Positions 40,976-51,276 of a stretch of 64,000 bases of DNA are shown in pieces; within the stretch, counting starts at the first letter, position 1, and the number at the start of each line of letters is the position of its first letter. Location of the stretch: NCBI GenBank assembly GCA_965227775.1, contig OZ245777.1, positions 1,760,001 through 1,824,000 of the forward strand, in the 5' to 3' direction. Made by a program: the position numbers and the translations under genes. The notes beneath the pieces are model-generated. The model did no database searches. It saw only the letters and a list, made by a program, of their open reading frames with translations, and had not been told where the DNA came from. Origin of the DNA: Phycisphaerales bacterium (GTDB lineage: Bacteria > Planctomycetota > Phycisphaerae > Phycisphaerales > UBA1924).

Positions 40976-42288
40976 AACGACTCACGCTCGGTCGAGCTGG
41001 CGACGCCATCTTCGTCCACCCGACGCTGCTCGAGCATCTGCTGGCCCACGATCCGCCAGCCTTGGTCGAGGGCGGCGATGGTGTAGTCGGCCTCGTACTC
41101 GTGCACTCGGGTGTGGCTGTGGCCCCAGTGGTAGACAGTGCCCTCGACGCTCCAGCGGTGGCGGGCCTCGATGCGGGCGCGGCCCTGGTTGTCGGTGGAG
41201 ATAGCCAGGACGCTCAGGTCGATTGGCTCGACGCCAGTGACGATGCCGAGCATGCCGCCCTGCTCGGCCTGGACCAGCGAGTTGTACACCTGCGTGTAGA
41301 GGCTCTCGAGCAGCGGACCGCTGACCGAGCGTTCGAGGCCGTCGTAGATCTCGCCTTCACTGCCGTAGTCGAAGGCCTTGTAGAGGTTTTCGTGCAGCGG
41401 CTCGAAGATGGCCGCGGCTTGCTCATTGCTGGGCAGTGCGGGCCCTCTGGCGGTTCCGGGAATCGGCACAGCAAGCAACGGCATCACGATGGCCGCCGCT
41501 GCGCCCGAAGCAACAGCGGCGACGAGGATGGCCGCGCCGGCCAAGACATTCTTTTTGCGCATCACGATGAACGCGGCTTGGAGTCCGACGAGCAGCAGGA
41601 TGACCCCGACCAGCGACAGACGCAGCGGCTCGCCCGCGACGGGCGTCGGTGGGATCGTGGCGTATCGGGCGTCGCCCGATTGGTCGGCGTACCACTCGAC
41701 CGTGGGTTTGGCGTGGCTGAACGGCATGATGTCGACCGTGCCGTCGGAGGTTTGCAGCAGTGCTTCGAGCACCATAAACGGCGCAAGGCCGTCGGGACCG
41801 GTCATGCCCTCGAGTTCGGCGGCGACGCGGTCTCGCGGGTAGGTCGGCCAAGTGACCTTGACGACCTGCGGGTCGCTCGACTGGTACCGCGCGACGATAG
41901 CGCAGCGGATGAGCGCCCGCGCACCGTACTTGGGGAACACGCCGATCATCCAGGGCTCAGGTTCGTCGAAAAAGTCGTACTGCTGGATGTCGGGTTCGAT
42001 AACCTCGCCGTCGATCTCAACCACGACGTTCGAGGCCATGAAGTCGCGCATGGCCTGCTCGAGGGCCTCGGCCTCGACCGGGTCGATTCGGTCGATGGAC
42101 TCGCGCGATTGGCCGACGGCCTCGTCCATGAAGGCGAGGTTCAGGCCGACCTGGAAGGTCACGCCTTGGCCGTCGATGGCTAGGCGGAGGTCGGCGTGGG
42201 GGCCGTCCTGGGGGTGTGCAGCGTCGCCAAATGCCCTCGAAAGGAAGCAGAGCAGGGCGAGGAGAGCAATATTGAGGGGGATCCGCAC
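40972..42288 (-). CDS. Hypothetical exported/membrane protein, probably tied to the metal ABC cluster
   Basis: Signal peptide followed by HP, two TMs, and C-terminal VYHWGHSHTR. Same strand as the ABC genes. Confidence 0.65.
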   Translation of the reverse strand: MRIPLNIALLALLCFLSRAFGDAAHPQDGPHADLRLAIDGQGVTFQVGLNLAFMDEAVGQSRESIDRIDPVEAEALEQAMRDFMASNVVVEIDGEVIEPDIQQYDFFDEPEPWMIGVFPKYGARALIRCAIVARYQSSDPQVVKVTWPTYPRDRVAAELEGMTGPDGLAPFMVLEALLQTSDGTVDIMPFSHAKPTVEWYADQSGDARYATIPPTPVAGEPLRLSLVGVILLLVGLQAAFIVMRKKNVLAGAAILVAAVASGAAAAIVMPLLAVPIPGTARGPALPSNEQAAAIFEPLHENLYKAFDYGSEGEIYDGLERSVSGPLLESLYTQVYNSLVQAEQGGMLGIVTGVEPIDLSVLAISTDNQGRARIEARHRWSVEGTVYHWGHSHTRVHEYEADYTIAALDQGWRIVGQQMLEQRRVDEDGVASSTERESF

Positions 42289-42385
42289 GCAACGATGGTA
42301 CGTCGAGTCCTCTATATTGCTCCCAGCGAGCCCTGACGTGGCGGGATCCCCCGCGCATCTCCCTAGGGCGAAAGGAATCCGATCC

Positions 42386-44302
42386 ATGCAGACTAAGCAC
42401 CTCCGCACTCCCGCCGCACTTCTTGCCCTGGCCGCCGCCTGCTCGGCGTGGGGGCTGACCGACCGCAACGACGAAAATAGCGTGCAGAGCGTCGAGGGCT
42501 CGCCGATCGCCGACGTGCTCTCGCGCATGCCCGAGGATGTACGCACGTTCGACGTGCACATCTCGACCCTCGCGAGCCCGTACATGCAGGGCCGCGTGCC
42601 CGGCTCGGACGGAGCCGAGCGCGCCAAGGACTACATCGAGTACCACTTCCGCGAGGCGGGCCTGACGCCGGCGTTCGAGGACGCCGACGGCAACACGTTT
42701 GCCAGCTATCGCCAACCGTTCCCGCTCTCGGGCACGTGGACGGTGGAACGCGAGGCGATGTCGGCCTCGATGGGCAACCAGCGCATCGAACTCGAAGCCG
42801 AGGAAGACTTCATGCTCACCGGCATGGGCCAGAACGGCACCGTGTCGGGCGAGGCCGTGTTCGTGGGCTATGGCATGGATGATGGCCCCGACGGCTACAA
42901 CAACTTCGAGGGAGTCGATTCGCTGGAGGGCAAGATCGCGGTGCTCTTCCGCTTCGAGCCCATGGATGAGGACGGCAACAGCCAGTGGAACGAAGGCCGC
43001 CGCGGCTGGAGCGGTCGTGCGGCGTTTCGCAACAAGGTCGGCAACGTGGCCGAACGCGGGCCGGCAGGCATCGTGATCATCAACCCGCCCGGCGCTTCGG
43101 ACAATCGTGCCGAGCGGCTGGCCCGATTCCAAGGCGGCGCTCAGGCCGATGTTCCGGTGATGATGATGTCGCACGACGCGGGCGACCGGCTCATGCAGGC
43201 GATGGGCAGCGACATGACGATGCTCGACCTGCGTCGCCATGCGGACAGTGACGCGTCCGCGAAGGAGCTGGGCTTCGAGCTCGAGCTCGACGGCCTGGCC
43301 GAGCGCAAGAGCCTGATGGCCGAGAACGTGGGCGGCGTGATCAAGGGCGTCGGCGACCTGGCCGACGAGTGGATCGTCGTTGGTGCCCACCTTGACCACC
43401 TGGGCATGGGCTACTTCGGCTCGCGGTCCGGCCCCGGCGAGCTTCACCCCGGCGCCGACGATAACGCTTCGGGAACGGCGGCGCTCCTGCTGCTGGCCGA
43501 CCGCCTGGGCAGGCGGCTCGAGGGCGATGACCGCCCGCGTCGCTCGATCCTCATCATGGGCTTCGACGCCGAGGAGAGCGGCCTGAACGGGTCGGCGTAC
43601 TACACGCGCAACCCGATCGCGCCGGCCGAAGACCACGTGCTCATGTGCAACTGGGACATGATCGGGCGCGTGAGCAACGAGCGGCTGCTGCTGGCCGGCG
43701 GCTTCACGGGTGAGGGCCTGAGCGAGTTCATCGAGCCCTATTTCGCCGACAGCGGGCTCGAGATCGTGGTGCCCGAGACCATGAGCGGTGCGAGCGATCA
43801 CACGCCGTTCTACCGCGCGGGCATCCCCGTTCTGTTCTCGATCATCGCCGACTTCCATGCCGATTACCACACGCCTGCCGACACGGTCTGGAAGATCAAC
43901 CGTGTTGGCGCCGTCAAGACGGTGCACCTGTACGAGAACATTGTGGCCGACGCATCGGTGCGCCCGGAGCGGTTCCGCTTTGTGAGCCCCGAGGAGCAGC
44001 GCCGTCAGCGTGAGGCTGCCGAGGCCAACCAGCCGGCGGTCAGCGTGTACGTGGGCGTCGTCGTCGATAACGATGCCGAGGGTGACGGCGTGGTACTCGC
44101 CGAGATCTCCGAGGACTCGCCGGCAGCGCGCGCCGGCCTGCAGGCGGGTGACCGCCTGGTTCGCTGGGACGGGCAGAAGCTGACGGACGCCAACGCGTGG
44201 CGGCAGTTGCTCGCGCGGCACAGCGCCGACGACACCGTGAACATCGGCGTCAAGCGCGGTGATGAAGAGGTCACCCTTGAGATCACGCTCGCGGGTCGCT
44301 AA
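42386..44302 (+). CDS. M28 family aminopeptidase with PA and PDZ domains
   Basis: GAHLDH, GADDNASG, AEESGL.GS, NWDMIGR, SDH, DYH and C-terminal SPAARAGLQAGD. SD AAGGA. Confidence 0.9.
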   Translation: MQTKHLRTPAALLALAAACSAWGLTDRNDENSVQSVEGSPIADVLSRMPEDVRTFDVHISTLASPYMQGRVPGSDGAERAKDYIEYHFREAGLTPAFEDADGNTFASYRQPFPLSGTWTVEREAMSASMGNQRIELEAEEDFMLTGMGQNGTVSGEAVFVGYGMDDGPDGYNNFEGVDSLEGKIAVLFRFEPMDEDGNSQWNEGRRGWSGRAAFRNKVGNVAERGPAGIVIINPPGASDNRAERLARFQGGAQADVPVMMMSHDAGDRLMQAMGSDMTMLDLRRHADSDASAKELGFELELDGLAERKSLMAENVGGVIKGVGDLADEWIVVGAHLDHLGMGYFGSRSGPGELHPGADDNASGTAALLLLADRLGRRLEGDDRPRRSILIMGFDAEESGLNGSAYYTRNPIAPAEDHVLMCNWDMIGRVSNERLLLAGGFTGEGLSEFIEPYFADSGLEIVVPETMSGASDHTPFYRAGIPVLFSIIADFHADYHTPADTVWKINRVGAVKTVHLYENIVADASVRPERFRFVSPEEQRRQREAAEANQPAVSVYVGVVVDNDAEGDGVVLAEISEDSPAARAGLQAGDRLVRWDGQKLTDANAWRQLLARHSADDTVNIGVKRGDEEVTLEITLAGR

Positions 44303-44334
44303 CTCATTCGCATCGATCGCACGTTGATTCCCTC

Positions 44335-44365
44335 AAGACCCGGGCACCAGTTGCCCGGGTCTTTT
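44335..44365 (+). terminator. Intrinsic terminator between the M28 peptidase and prmC
   Basis: AAGACCCGGGCA-ccagt-TGCCCGGGTCTT followed by TT. Confidence 0.8.
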
Positions 44366-44406
44366 CGTATCGTGATCGTCGGGCCGAGTCCGTCGCGCGG
44401 GCCCGG

Positions 44407-45288
44407 TCAACACTTCAACGCAGTCACGACCCGAGGACGGCCGGCGAAGTCTCGCACGATCTGGCACTGGTTGAAGCGATCATCGCTCGTGAGCAGTGCG
44501 AGGGCGTCTTCAGCACGAGCGGCCGCGACTTCAATAGCGAGTAGGCCACCGGCTCGCAGACGATCAGCGGCCTGGGTGACGAGCGGGCGGACGAGGTCGA
44601 GCCCGTCGGCACCGCCGCGAAGGGCGTGCGTGGGCTCGTGGTCCTTCACGTTTGGCGCGACGGCGTCCCACTCGTCATCGGGGATGTAGGGCGGGTTAGC
44701 GACGATGGCGTCATAGGGCTTGCCATCGGGCAGTGCGGCGAGGAGGTCGCCTTCGAACATCGTGATGCGATCCGTCAACTCGGTGCGTTCGACGTTCTCA
44801 GTCGCGAGCGCAAGTGCATCCGCGTCGATATCGCACGCGTGCACGACAGCAGTGGGGGCCTGGCTTGCGATCGCGATGGCAACGCAGCCGCTTCCGGTGC
44901 ACACGTCGGCGACGAGCGGCTCCCGTCCCTCGATGGCCTTGATGGCCGCCACGGCTTCATCAACCAGCGTCTGCGTTTCGGGCCTGGGGATGAGTGCCCG
45001 CTTGTCGGCCTTCAGGGAGATGCCATAGAAGCTGGCCTCGCCGACAAGGTACTGCACCGGCTCGTGGCTCAACGCACGCTTGGCGAGATCGCGGAGGCGC
45101 GTCAGCTCGTCGGGCGTGGCGGGCCGGTCGGCCTCCATGTATAGACGCAGGCGTTGGCATCCGATGACGTGGGCCACAAGCAACTCAGCGCACAGGCGCG
45201 CATCGTCGATGCCCTTGTCTTTGAGTGCGCCGCGCAGCCAATCGAGCAGCTTGCGGGTGGTCCAGGCTTCCTTGGCGGCGGTGGTCAT
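44407..45288 (-). CDS. prmC: Release factor glutamine methyltransferase
   Basis: EPVQYLVG, LIPRPET, DVCTGSGC and NPPY. Confidence 0.95.
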   Translation of the reverse strand: MTTAAKEAWTTRKLLDWLRGALKDKGIDDARLCAELLVAHVIGCQRLRLYMEADRPATPDELTRLRDLAKRALSHEPVQYLVGEASFYGISLKADKRALIPRPETQTLVDEAVAAIKAIEGREPLVADVCTGSGCVAIAIASQAPTAVVHACDIDADALALATENVERTELTDRITMFEGDLLAALPDGKPYDAIVANPPYIPDDEWDAVAPNVKDHEPTHALRGGADGLDLVRPLVTQAADRLRAGGLLAIEVAAARAEDALALLTSDDRFNQCQIVRDFAGRPRVVTALKC

Positions 45289-45902
45289 GGCTTGGTCCAG
45301 GTTTCGGTGAGGGCACCGAACACGAGGGTATCGCTCCAGCCGATGCCATCGACCCATCGATGCTTGCGGTATCTTGCCTCCCGTTCGTACCCAGCCTTTT
45401 CGGCGACACGCGCCGACGCTGGGTTGTCCGCCGAGCACACGATCTCCATCCTGCGAAGGCCGAAACCGCCGCGATCCTGCGCGCGAAAGCACGCCTCGGT
45501 CAAGCCGATCACCGCCTCGGTGCACACGCCGGTGCGCTGGCGATCGGGCAACACCCAGTACCCAGTCTCCGCCTGGTGCGCACCGGGCTTGAAGTCGTGC
45601 AGCCCCGTGCCACCAATGGGCCTTCCCGTGGCTCGGTCGCAGATGAGCATCGCAAGATTGACGGGAACATCTTGCTTTGCATCACGGATGAACCGCTCGA
45701 TCGTGTAGTGCGTTTGGGCAATCGTCAGGTTCTCAGTCTCGGCCCACTCCATCCAAGGCAGCAACCGTTCTCGATTCGTGTCGATCGCCTTGTAGATCGC
45801 CGGCACGTCGTCGTGCGTCGAGCAGCGAATGGTCAGACGCTCCGTCTCGATCGGTAGCGGCCATGCCTCGGGCCGCTTCCATGGCTGTGGCGGTTCCATC
45901 AC
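45285..45902 (-). CDS. GNAT N-acetyltransferase, RimJ/RimL family
   Basis: IETERLTIR, ETGYW and NPASARVAEKAGY..E. Coupled to polA and prmC by 4-nt overlaps. Confidence 0.88.
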   Translation of the reverse strand: MMEPPQPWKRPEAWPLPIETERLTIRCSTHDDVPAIYKAIDTNRERLLPWMEWAETENLTIAQTHYTIERFIRDAKQDVPVNLAMLICDRATGRPIGGTGLHDFKPGAHQAETGYWVLPDRQRTGVCTEAVIGLTEACFRAQDRGGFGLRRMEIVCSADNPASARVAEKAGYEREARYRKHRWVDGIGWSDTLVFGALTETWTKP

Positions 45903-48823
45903 TTGCCCTCATACCAGTTGCTGGCCACGCTCGCCTCTACCACGAGCGGCACACGCAGGTCCATGGCGCTCTGCATGCGGGTCTCGATAAGTGATTTGGC
46001 TTCATCGGCGTGCTTCTTGTCGGCTTCGAAGACCAACTCGTCGTGGATCTGCAGCAGCATGAGCACGCCCTCGATTTCGGGATTCTTGCCGCCGCGCAGG
46101 TGGGCGGCGTGCGGGCTGAGCCGCGCGTGCAGGTCGACCATCGCGAGCTTGATGAGGTCGGCCGCCGATCCTTGCACCACCGAGTTGATGGCCATGCGTT
46201 CGGCCAGCGAGCGCCGGGACGGGTTCTTGGCGTCTATCTCGGTGATCGGTCGGCGGCGCTTGAGCATGGTCTCGACGTAGCCCTGGCTGCGGGCCTGCTC
46301 GATGCACTCTTCGAGGAACGTCGTGATGCCAGCAAACTTCTTTTTGTAGCCCTCGATGATCTCGCCGGCCTCGGTGTTGCCGATGCCCAGGCGTCGGCCC
46401 AGGCCGTACGCCGTGACACCGTAGATGATGCCGAAGTTGACCATCTTGGCGCCGTCGCGCTGCTCTCGGGTGACGTCCTTCGGCTCAACACCGTGGATCT
46501 GGGCCGCAACGGCGCGGTGGATGTCCTCGCCAGCCTCGAAGGCGGCGATCAACGCCGGATCTTTGGACAAGTGCGCGAGGATGCGCAGCTCGATTTGTGA
46601 GTAATCGCCCGCGATGAGCACGCGGTTCTTGGGCGCGACGAACGCGCGTCGGATCTCGCGGCCGACGTCGCTTCGGATGGGGATGTTCTGCAGGTTCGGA
46701 TCGCTTGAACTCAGCCGGCCCGTGGCCGCAACGGTCTGGTTGAAGCTTGCGTGGATGCGCTTCGTGTCGGGGTTGATCTCCTCGCGCAGGCTGACGAGGT
46801 AGGTGTTCACCAGCTTGGTGAGCTGGCGGTACTCGAGGATGAGCTGCGGCAGCGGGCTTTCGATCGTGGTGTCTTGCGCGAGCTTCTCGAGCACCTCGGC
46901 GTCGGTCGATGGGCCGGTCTTTCCACGCTTGAGCGGCTTGATGCCCAGGCCCGGGTCTGCCGCGTCGGGCTTGTTGAACAAGACGCCTGCGAGTTGCTTG
47001 GGCGAGTCGGGCTCGAACGTACGCCCACAGGTGGCCATCGCCTCGTCCTGGATCTCGTCCTTGAGCTTCTCGATGCGCTTGTTGAGGCGTTCTTCCTGCT
47101 TTTCGAGTTCCTTGGGGTCGACGAGGATGCCGTTGTACTCAAGCTCGGCTAGTACGTCGATGAGCGGCACCTCGACGTCATCATTCAGGTCAGTCAGCCC
47201 CATCTCTTTGATTTGCGGCGCCATGATGCCGTGGAGCTGGAGGGAGACGTCGGCGTCCTCTGCGGCGTACGGGCCGGCCTGATCGAGGGGTACCTCGTCG
47301 AATCGTTTCTGGTTCTTGCCTGTGCCGATGAGGGTCTTGATCGAGATGTTCTCGCGACCGAGCAGCGCGAGCGAGAGGGCATCCATGCTGTGCGAAGATC
47401 GCGAGGCGTCGATGAGATAGCTGGCGACCATCGTGTCGAAGGCGACGCCCGCGAGCTCGATGCCGGCGTTGCGCAGCACGAGGATGTCATACTTGAGGTT
47501 GTGCCCGGTCTTCCTGATCTTGGCGTCTTCGAGGAGCGGCCTAAGCGTGTCCAGTACGGTTGCTTCGTCGAGGTGCGTGTCCTGCTCGGGCGAGCGGACC
47601 GGCACGTACCACGCTTGGCCGGACTTCACCGAGAAGCTGAGCCCCGCGAGCTCCGCCCGCATGGCGCGGATGTGCGTGGTTTCGGTGTCGACGGCGAACA
47701 GCTTGGCGCTCCTGAGGGCCTTCGCAAGCGCCGTCAGGTCCTTCTTGGTGCGCACGATGGCGTAGTCGCCATTTGTTTCCTGCGTCTCGGCCGGAGCATC
47801 GAAGAGGCCGCCCTGGCCGTCGTGCCTCGTCTTCTTCTCGACTTTCGTTGGCTTGGCCTCGACCTCCCCCTCGGCGGGCTCGGCGTCGCCCATGAGCCGC
47901 TTGAGCTCGTCTTGGTAGCGGTTGAAGCCGAGTTCTTTGAGGATTGGCATGAGCGCGTCGAGCTTCAGGCGATCGACGCGGGCGTTATCGAGGTCGAAGG
48001 GCACATCGATGTCGTCGATGAGCGTGACGAGCTTCAGGCTGGTCTTGAGCACGTCGCCGGCCTCGCGCAGTCTTTCGCCCCGCTTGCCCTTCACCTCGTC
48101 GGCGTTGGCAAGCAACTCCTCGAGGCTCCCATACTCGGCGATGAGCTTGGCTGCGGTCTTGGGACCCACGCCCTCGACGCCCTTGATGTTGTCGACGGTG
48201 TCGCCCGCGAGCGCAAGCACATCGCGCCACTGTTCGGGGGTGACGGCGAACTCTTCGTGAAGCGAGTCGGTCGTAATCAGCTCGTCCTTGTGCACGTCGT
48301 AGAGCTCGAAGGCGCCGCGCTTGCCGTCGCCTGCGGGGTGCAAGAGCTGCTTGAGGTCCTTGTCCTTGCTCACCACGCGGATGTTGGCCTTGTCCGCCAG
48401 CGTGCGCGCGAGCGCGGCGATGACGTCGTCTGCCTCATACCGCTCCTTGCCCAGCACCGGCACGCCGATGGCCTCGAGGATGCTCAGGCACCGCTGGACC
48501 TGCTCGGGCAGGTCCTCGGGAGGTGGGGGGCGCTGGGCCTTGTAGTCCTTGGCGATCTCGCTTCGAACGGTCTCGGTATCGCCCGAGACGTCGATCGCGA
48601 CCGCGAGGTAGTCGGGCCCGTCGCCCACCTGCGTGGCGCCGGCCTTCTTGCCGGCCAGCAGCTTCAGCAGCATGCCGACGAAGCCAAAGGTGAGGTTGGT
48701 GGGCTCCTTGGTGACCGGGCTGGTCATTGGCGTGCGGATGGCGTGGTATGCCCGGAAGAACTGGGCGTAGCCGTCGATGAGGTAGAGCGTCTTGAAGCTG
48801 CTTTTGACTTTTGGCGGGGTCAT
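45899..48823 (-). CDS. polA: DNA polymerase I
   Basis: 5'-3' exonuclease (LIDG, EADD, GVGPKTA), 3'-5' exonuclease (DTET, HNLKYD, YAAED) and polymerase (DYSQIELR, KMVNFGIIYG, QIHDEL). Confidence 0.98.
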   Translation of the reverse strand: MTPPKVKSSFKTLYLIDGYAQFFRAYHAIRTPMTSPVTKEPTNLTFGFVGMLLKLLAGKKAGATQVGDGPDYLAVAIDVSGDTETVRSEIAKDYKAQRPPPPEDLPEQVQRCLSILEAIGVPVLGKERYEADDVIAALARTLADKANIRVVSKDKDLKQLLHPAGDGKRGAFELYDVHKDELITTDSLHEEFAVTPEQWRDVLALAGDTVDNIKGVEGVGPKTAAKLIAEYGSLEELLANADEVKGKRGERLREAGDVLKTSLKLVTLIDDIDVPFDLDNARVDRLKLDALMPILKELGFNRYQDELKRLMGDAEPAEGEVEAKPTKVEKKTRHDGQGGLFDAPAETQETNGDYAIVRTKKDLTALAKALRSAKLFAVDTETTHIRAMRAELAGLSFSVKSGQAWYVPVRSPEQDTHLDEATVLDTLRPLLEDAKIRKTGHNLKYDILVLRNAGIELAGVAFDTMVASYLIDASRSSHSMDALSLALLGRENISIKTLIGTGKNQKRFDEVPLDQAGPYAAEDADVSLQLHGIMAPQIKEMGLTDLNDDVEVPLIDVLAELEYNGILVDPKELEKQEERLNKRIEKLKDEIQDEAMATCGRTFEPDSPKQLAGVLFNKPDAADPGLGIKPLKRGKTGPSTDAEVLEKLAQDTTIESPLPQLILEYRQLTKLVNTYLVSLREEINPDTKRIHASFNQTVAATGRLSSSDPNLQNIPIRSDVGREIRRAFVAPKNRVLIAGDYSQIELRILAHLSKDPALIAAFEAGEDIHRAVAAQIHGVEPKDVTREQRDGAKMVNFGIIYGVTAYGLGRRLGIGNTEAGEIIEGYKKKFAGITTFLEECIEQARSQGYVETMLKRRRPITEIDAKNPSRRSLAERMAINSVVQGSAADLIKLAMVDLHARLSPHAAHLRGGKNPEIEGVLMLLQIHDELVFEADKKHADEAKSLIETRMQSAMDLRVPLVVEASVASNWYEGK

Positions 48824-49100
48824 GGCCCGCGATGCTATCGGGTGACGGGGAGGGACGGGAATGCCAAGGCCGGCCTGTCGGTTGGCCTATACTCTCGCCT
48901 CAGCGGACGCTTCCGACGCAAACGGACCGACGACCGCACCCGAAGCCCTGGGCCTGGCTCGAACGCCTTGATCCATCTTCGGTACGAGTCAGTTGGCCTT
49001 TCTTGAGCGTCGCACCCGCGATGGGGCCATTGATCACTCGACCTCCCCAGGCCGGCGATGCACGTCGGCCGCGATGCCCGTATGGGCCGAAAGCAGACCA

Positions 49101-50558
49101 TTGTCCAACAGCTCCGTGATCGACTCCCCTGCCCGCTCCGACACCCAGAAGACCGAAACCAAGAGCTTCGACACCCTCGGCCTGGCCGAGCCCATCGCCC
49201 AGGTGCTCGCCAAGCGTGGGTACGAAACCCCGAGCCCCATCCAGGCGCTGGCGATCCCGGCCGTGCTGGAGGGCCGCGATGTCTTTGGCACCGCCCAGAC
49301 GGGCACGGGCAAGACGGCGGCTTTCGCACTGCCCATCCTGCACGACCTCTTCGAGGCCGGCCATCGCGGCGGGAAGGGACGCGGCAAGTTTGGCCGCCCC
49401 CCGCGCGCCCTGGTACTGTGCCCGACGCGTGAACTGGCGGTGCAGATCTTCGACTCGTTCGTCGCCTACGGCCGCAACGTGCCGCTGCGCCACGCCGCGG
49501 TGTACGGCGGCGTCAGCCAGTTCAGGCAAGAGAAGGCCCTTAAGACAGGCGTTGACGTGCTGATCGCGACCCCGGGCCGACTGATGGATCTGCACCAGCA
49601 GGGCCTGGTGGACCTGGGTTCCATCGAGGTCCTCGTGCTCGACGAGGCCGACCGCATGCTGGACATGGGCTTCCTGCCCGACATGCGCAAGATCGCGGCG
49701 CTCACGCCCGATGCGCGACAGACGCTGCTCTTTAGCGCGACGGCCAGCAAGGCCATCAAGGCCCTGGCCGATGGCATCTTGAAGAACCCCGTGCACCTGG
49801 AGACCGAGCGCGAGTCGACCACCGTCGAGCGCATCGCCCAGCAGGCCTACGTCGTCGATAAGGCGAACAAGGGCAACCTGCTCCGCGCCCTGCTCGGCCG
49901 CGACCACGCCGGCAACGCCAAGGTCGGGCGTACGCTGGTCTTTACCAAGACCAAGCACGGGGCCGATCGCCTTGTCAAGCAGCTCGACCGCGCGGGCATC
50001 CACGCCAACGCCATCCACGGCAACAAGACCCAGAACGCGCGCACGCGGGCGCTGACTGCCTTCAAGAAGGACAGCCGCGGCGTGCTGGTCGCAACGGACG
50101 TCGCCAGCCGCGGCATCGACGTCAGCGGCATCACCCATGTGGTTAATTTCGACATGCCCGTCGACGCTGAGACCTACGTGCACCGTGTGGGCCGCACGGC
50201 GCGGGCTGGCGCCTCGGGCGTTGCGATCACCTTCTGCCAGCCGGACGAGATCGGCGACCTCGCGCACGTCGAGCGCCGCACGAAGGCGAACATCGGCCCG
50301 GGCGATGAGCTGCCCGCCGACCTGGGCGGGTTGGCCGAGCCCTATCGCCGGCCGGAGAGGCCGGCGCGGTCGAATGCCGGTAGCAACGGGCAGCGCTCGA
50401 AGAAGCAAGGGCGTAGGCCGGGCGGCCGGCCCACCAGCAACTCGGGCCCGGCCGGTAACCGTCGCCCCGGTGGCCCCCGTCGTGGGCCGAACAAGAACTA
50501 CCGAGGCGGCGCGAAGAGCGCCCGTGGCGGTCGCAGGCCCGAGAGCACGCGCCGCTAG
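49101..50558 (+). CDS. rhlE: DEAD-box RNA helicase (RhlE-like) with basic disordered tail
   Basis: AQTGTGKT, PTRELA, DEAD, SAT and HRVGRTAR. Start uncertain (TTG 49101 or GTG 49116). Confidence 0.9.
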   Translation: MSNSSVIDSPARSDTQKTETKSFDTLGLAEPIAQVLAKRGYETPSPIQALAIPAVLEGRDVFGTAQTGTGKTAAFALPILHDLFEAGHRGGKGRGKFGRPPRALVLCPTRELAVQIFDSFVAYGRNVPLRHAAVYGGVSQFRQEKALKTGVDVLIATPGRLMDLHQQGLVDLGSIEVLVLDEADRMLDMGFLPDMRKIAALTPDARQTLLFSATASKAIKALADGILKNPVHLETERESTTVERIAQQAYVVDKANKGNLLRALLGRDHAGNAKVGRTLVFTKTKHGADRLVKQLDRAGIHANAIHGNKTQNARTRALTAFKKDSRGVLVATDVASRGIDVSGITHVVNFDMPVDAETYVHRVGRTARAGASGVAITFCQPDEIGDLAHVERRTKANIGPGDELPADLGGLAEPYRRPERPARSNAGSNGQRSKKQGRRPGGRPTSNSGPAGNRRPGGPRRGPNKNYRGGAKSARGGRRPESTRR

Positions 50559-50632
50559 CCGGACCTCCGCGGTGGCCAGCCCGTATCGTCCGGGCAATGG
50601 CCGGCGGGGCATCCAGCACGAAGCGGCACCGG

Positions 50633-51274
50633 ATGGTCACCGGGCGGATGGTGGTGGTCAGCCTGGTCGTCGGCGTGCTGCTGGCGGTTGCGAGCGTGCC
50701 AGTGGGGCTGGTTGTTTCAAATCGCGTGGTGCGGTCGCCGAACACGCACCCGGGGAAGCAACAACTCTGGCTCGATCAGGGCGACCATCAGATCTTCATC
50801 TATCACTGGCGCGATGCCTTTCGCACGCATTGGGAGTCGAGCATCGTGCCCGAGGGCACATACGACCCTCCCGGGCCCGAGTTTGAGCGCCCGGTAGCCG
50901 ACCCGCGCCCGCACTACGCCCGTCGGGCGTACACCGGGCACGTGCAGTCGATCGTTTCGACTTCGGCGGGCTGGCCTTGGTCGGCCGCCAGCGGTCGGGG
51001 CCTGTTGGACGACACGCCGTCCCGCGTTTGGAGCGAGTGGCAATCAGCGGTGAAACTCGGCTCCCTGACGATGCGCGTGCCGGTGCGCCCCATTTGGCCC
51101 GGCCTGCTTGCCAACACCGTGTTCTACGCCGGCGCACTGTTCGGTGTGCTCGTGTGCCTGCGTGTGTGGCGCACGCGCCGCCGGCGTGCACGCGGCCGGT
51201 GCGTGGCGTGCAACTACGAACTCGGTGGGGACATTGGCGTGTGCCCCGAGTGTGGATTGGAAAAAACGGCTTAG
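50633..51274 (+). CDS. Hypothetical membrane protein with C-terminal zinc ribbon
   Basis: Two TMs, GWPW and RRRRARGRCVACNYEL..VCPECG. Confidence 0.7.
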   Translation: MVTGRMVVVSLVVGVLLAVASVPVGLVVSNRVVRSPNTHPGKQQLWLDQGDHQIFIYHWRDAFRTHWESSIVPEGTYDPPGPEFERPVADPRPHYARRAYTGHVQSIVSTSAGWPWSAASGRGLLDDTPSRVWSEWQSAVKLGSLTMRVPVRPIWPGLLANTVFYAGALFGVLVCLRVWRTRRRRARGRCVACNYELGGDIGVCPECGLEKTA

Positions 51275-51276
51275 TC

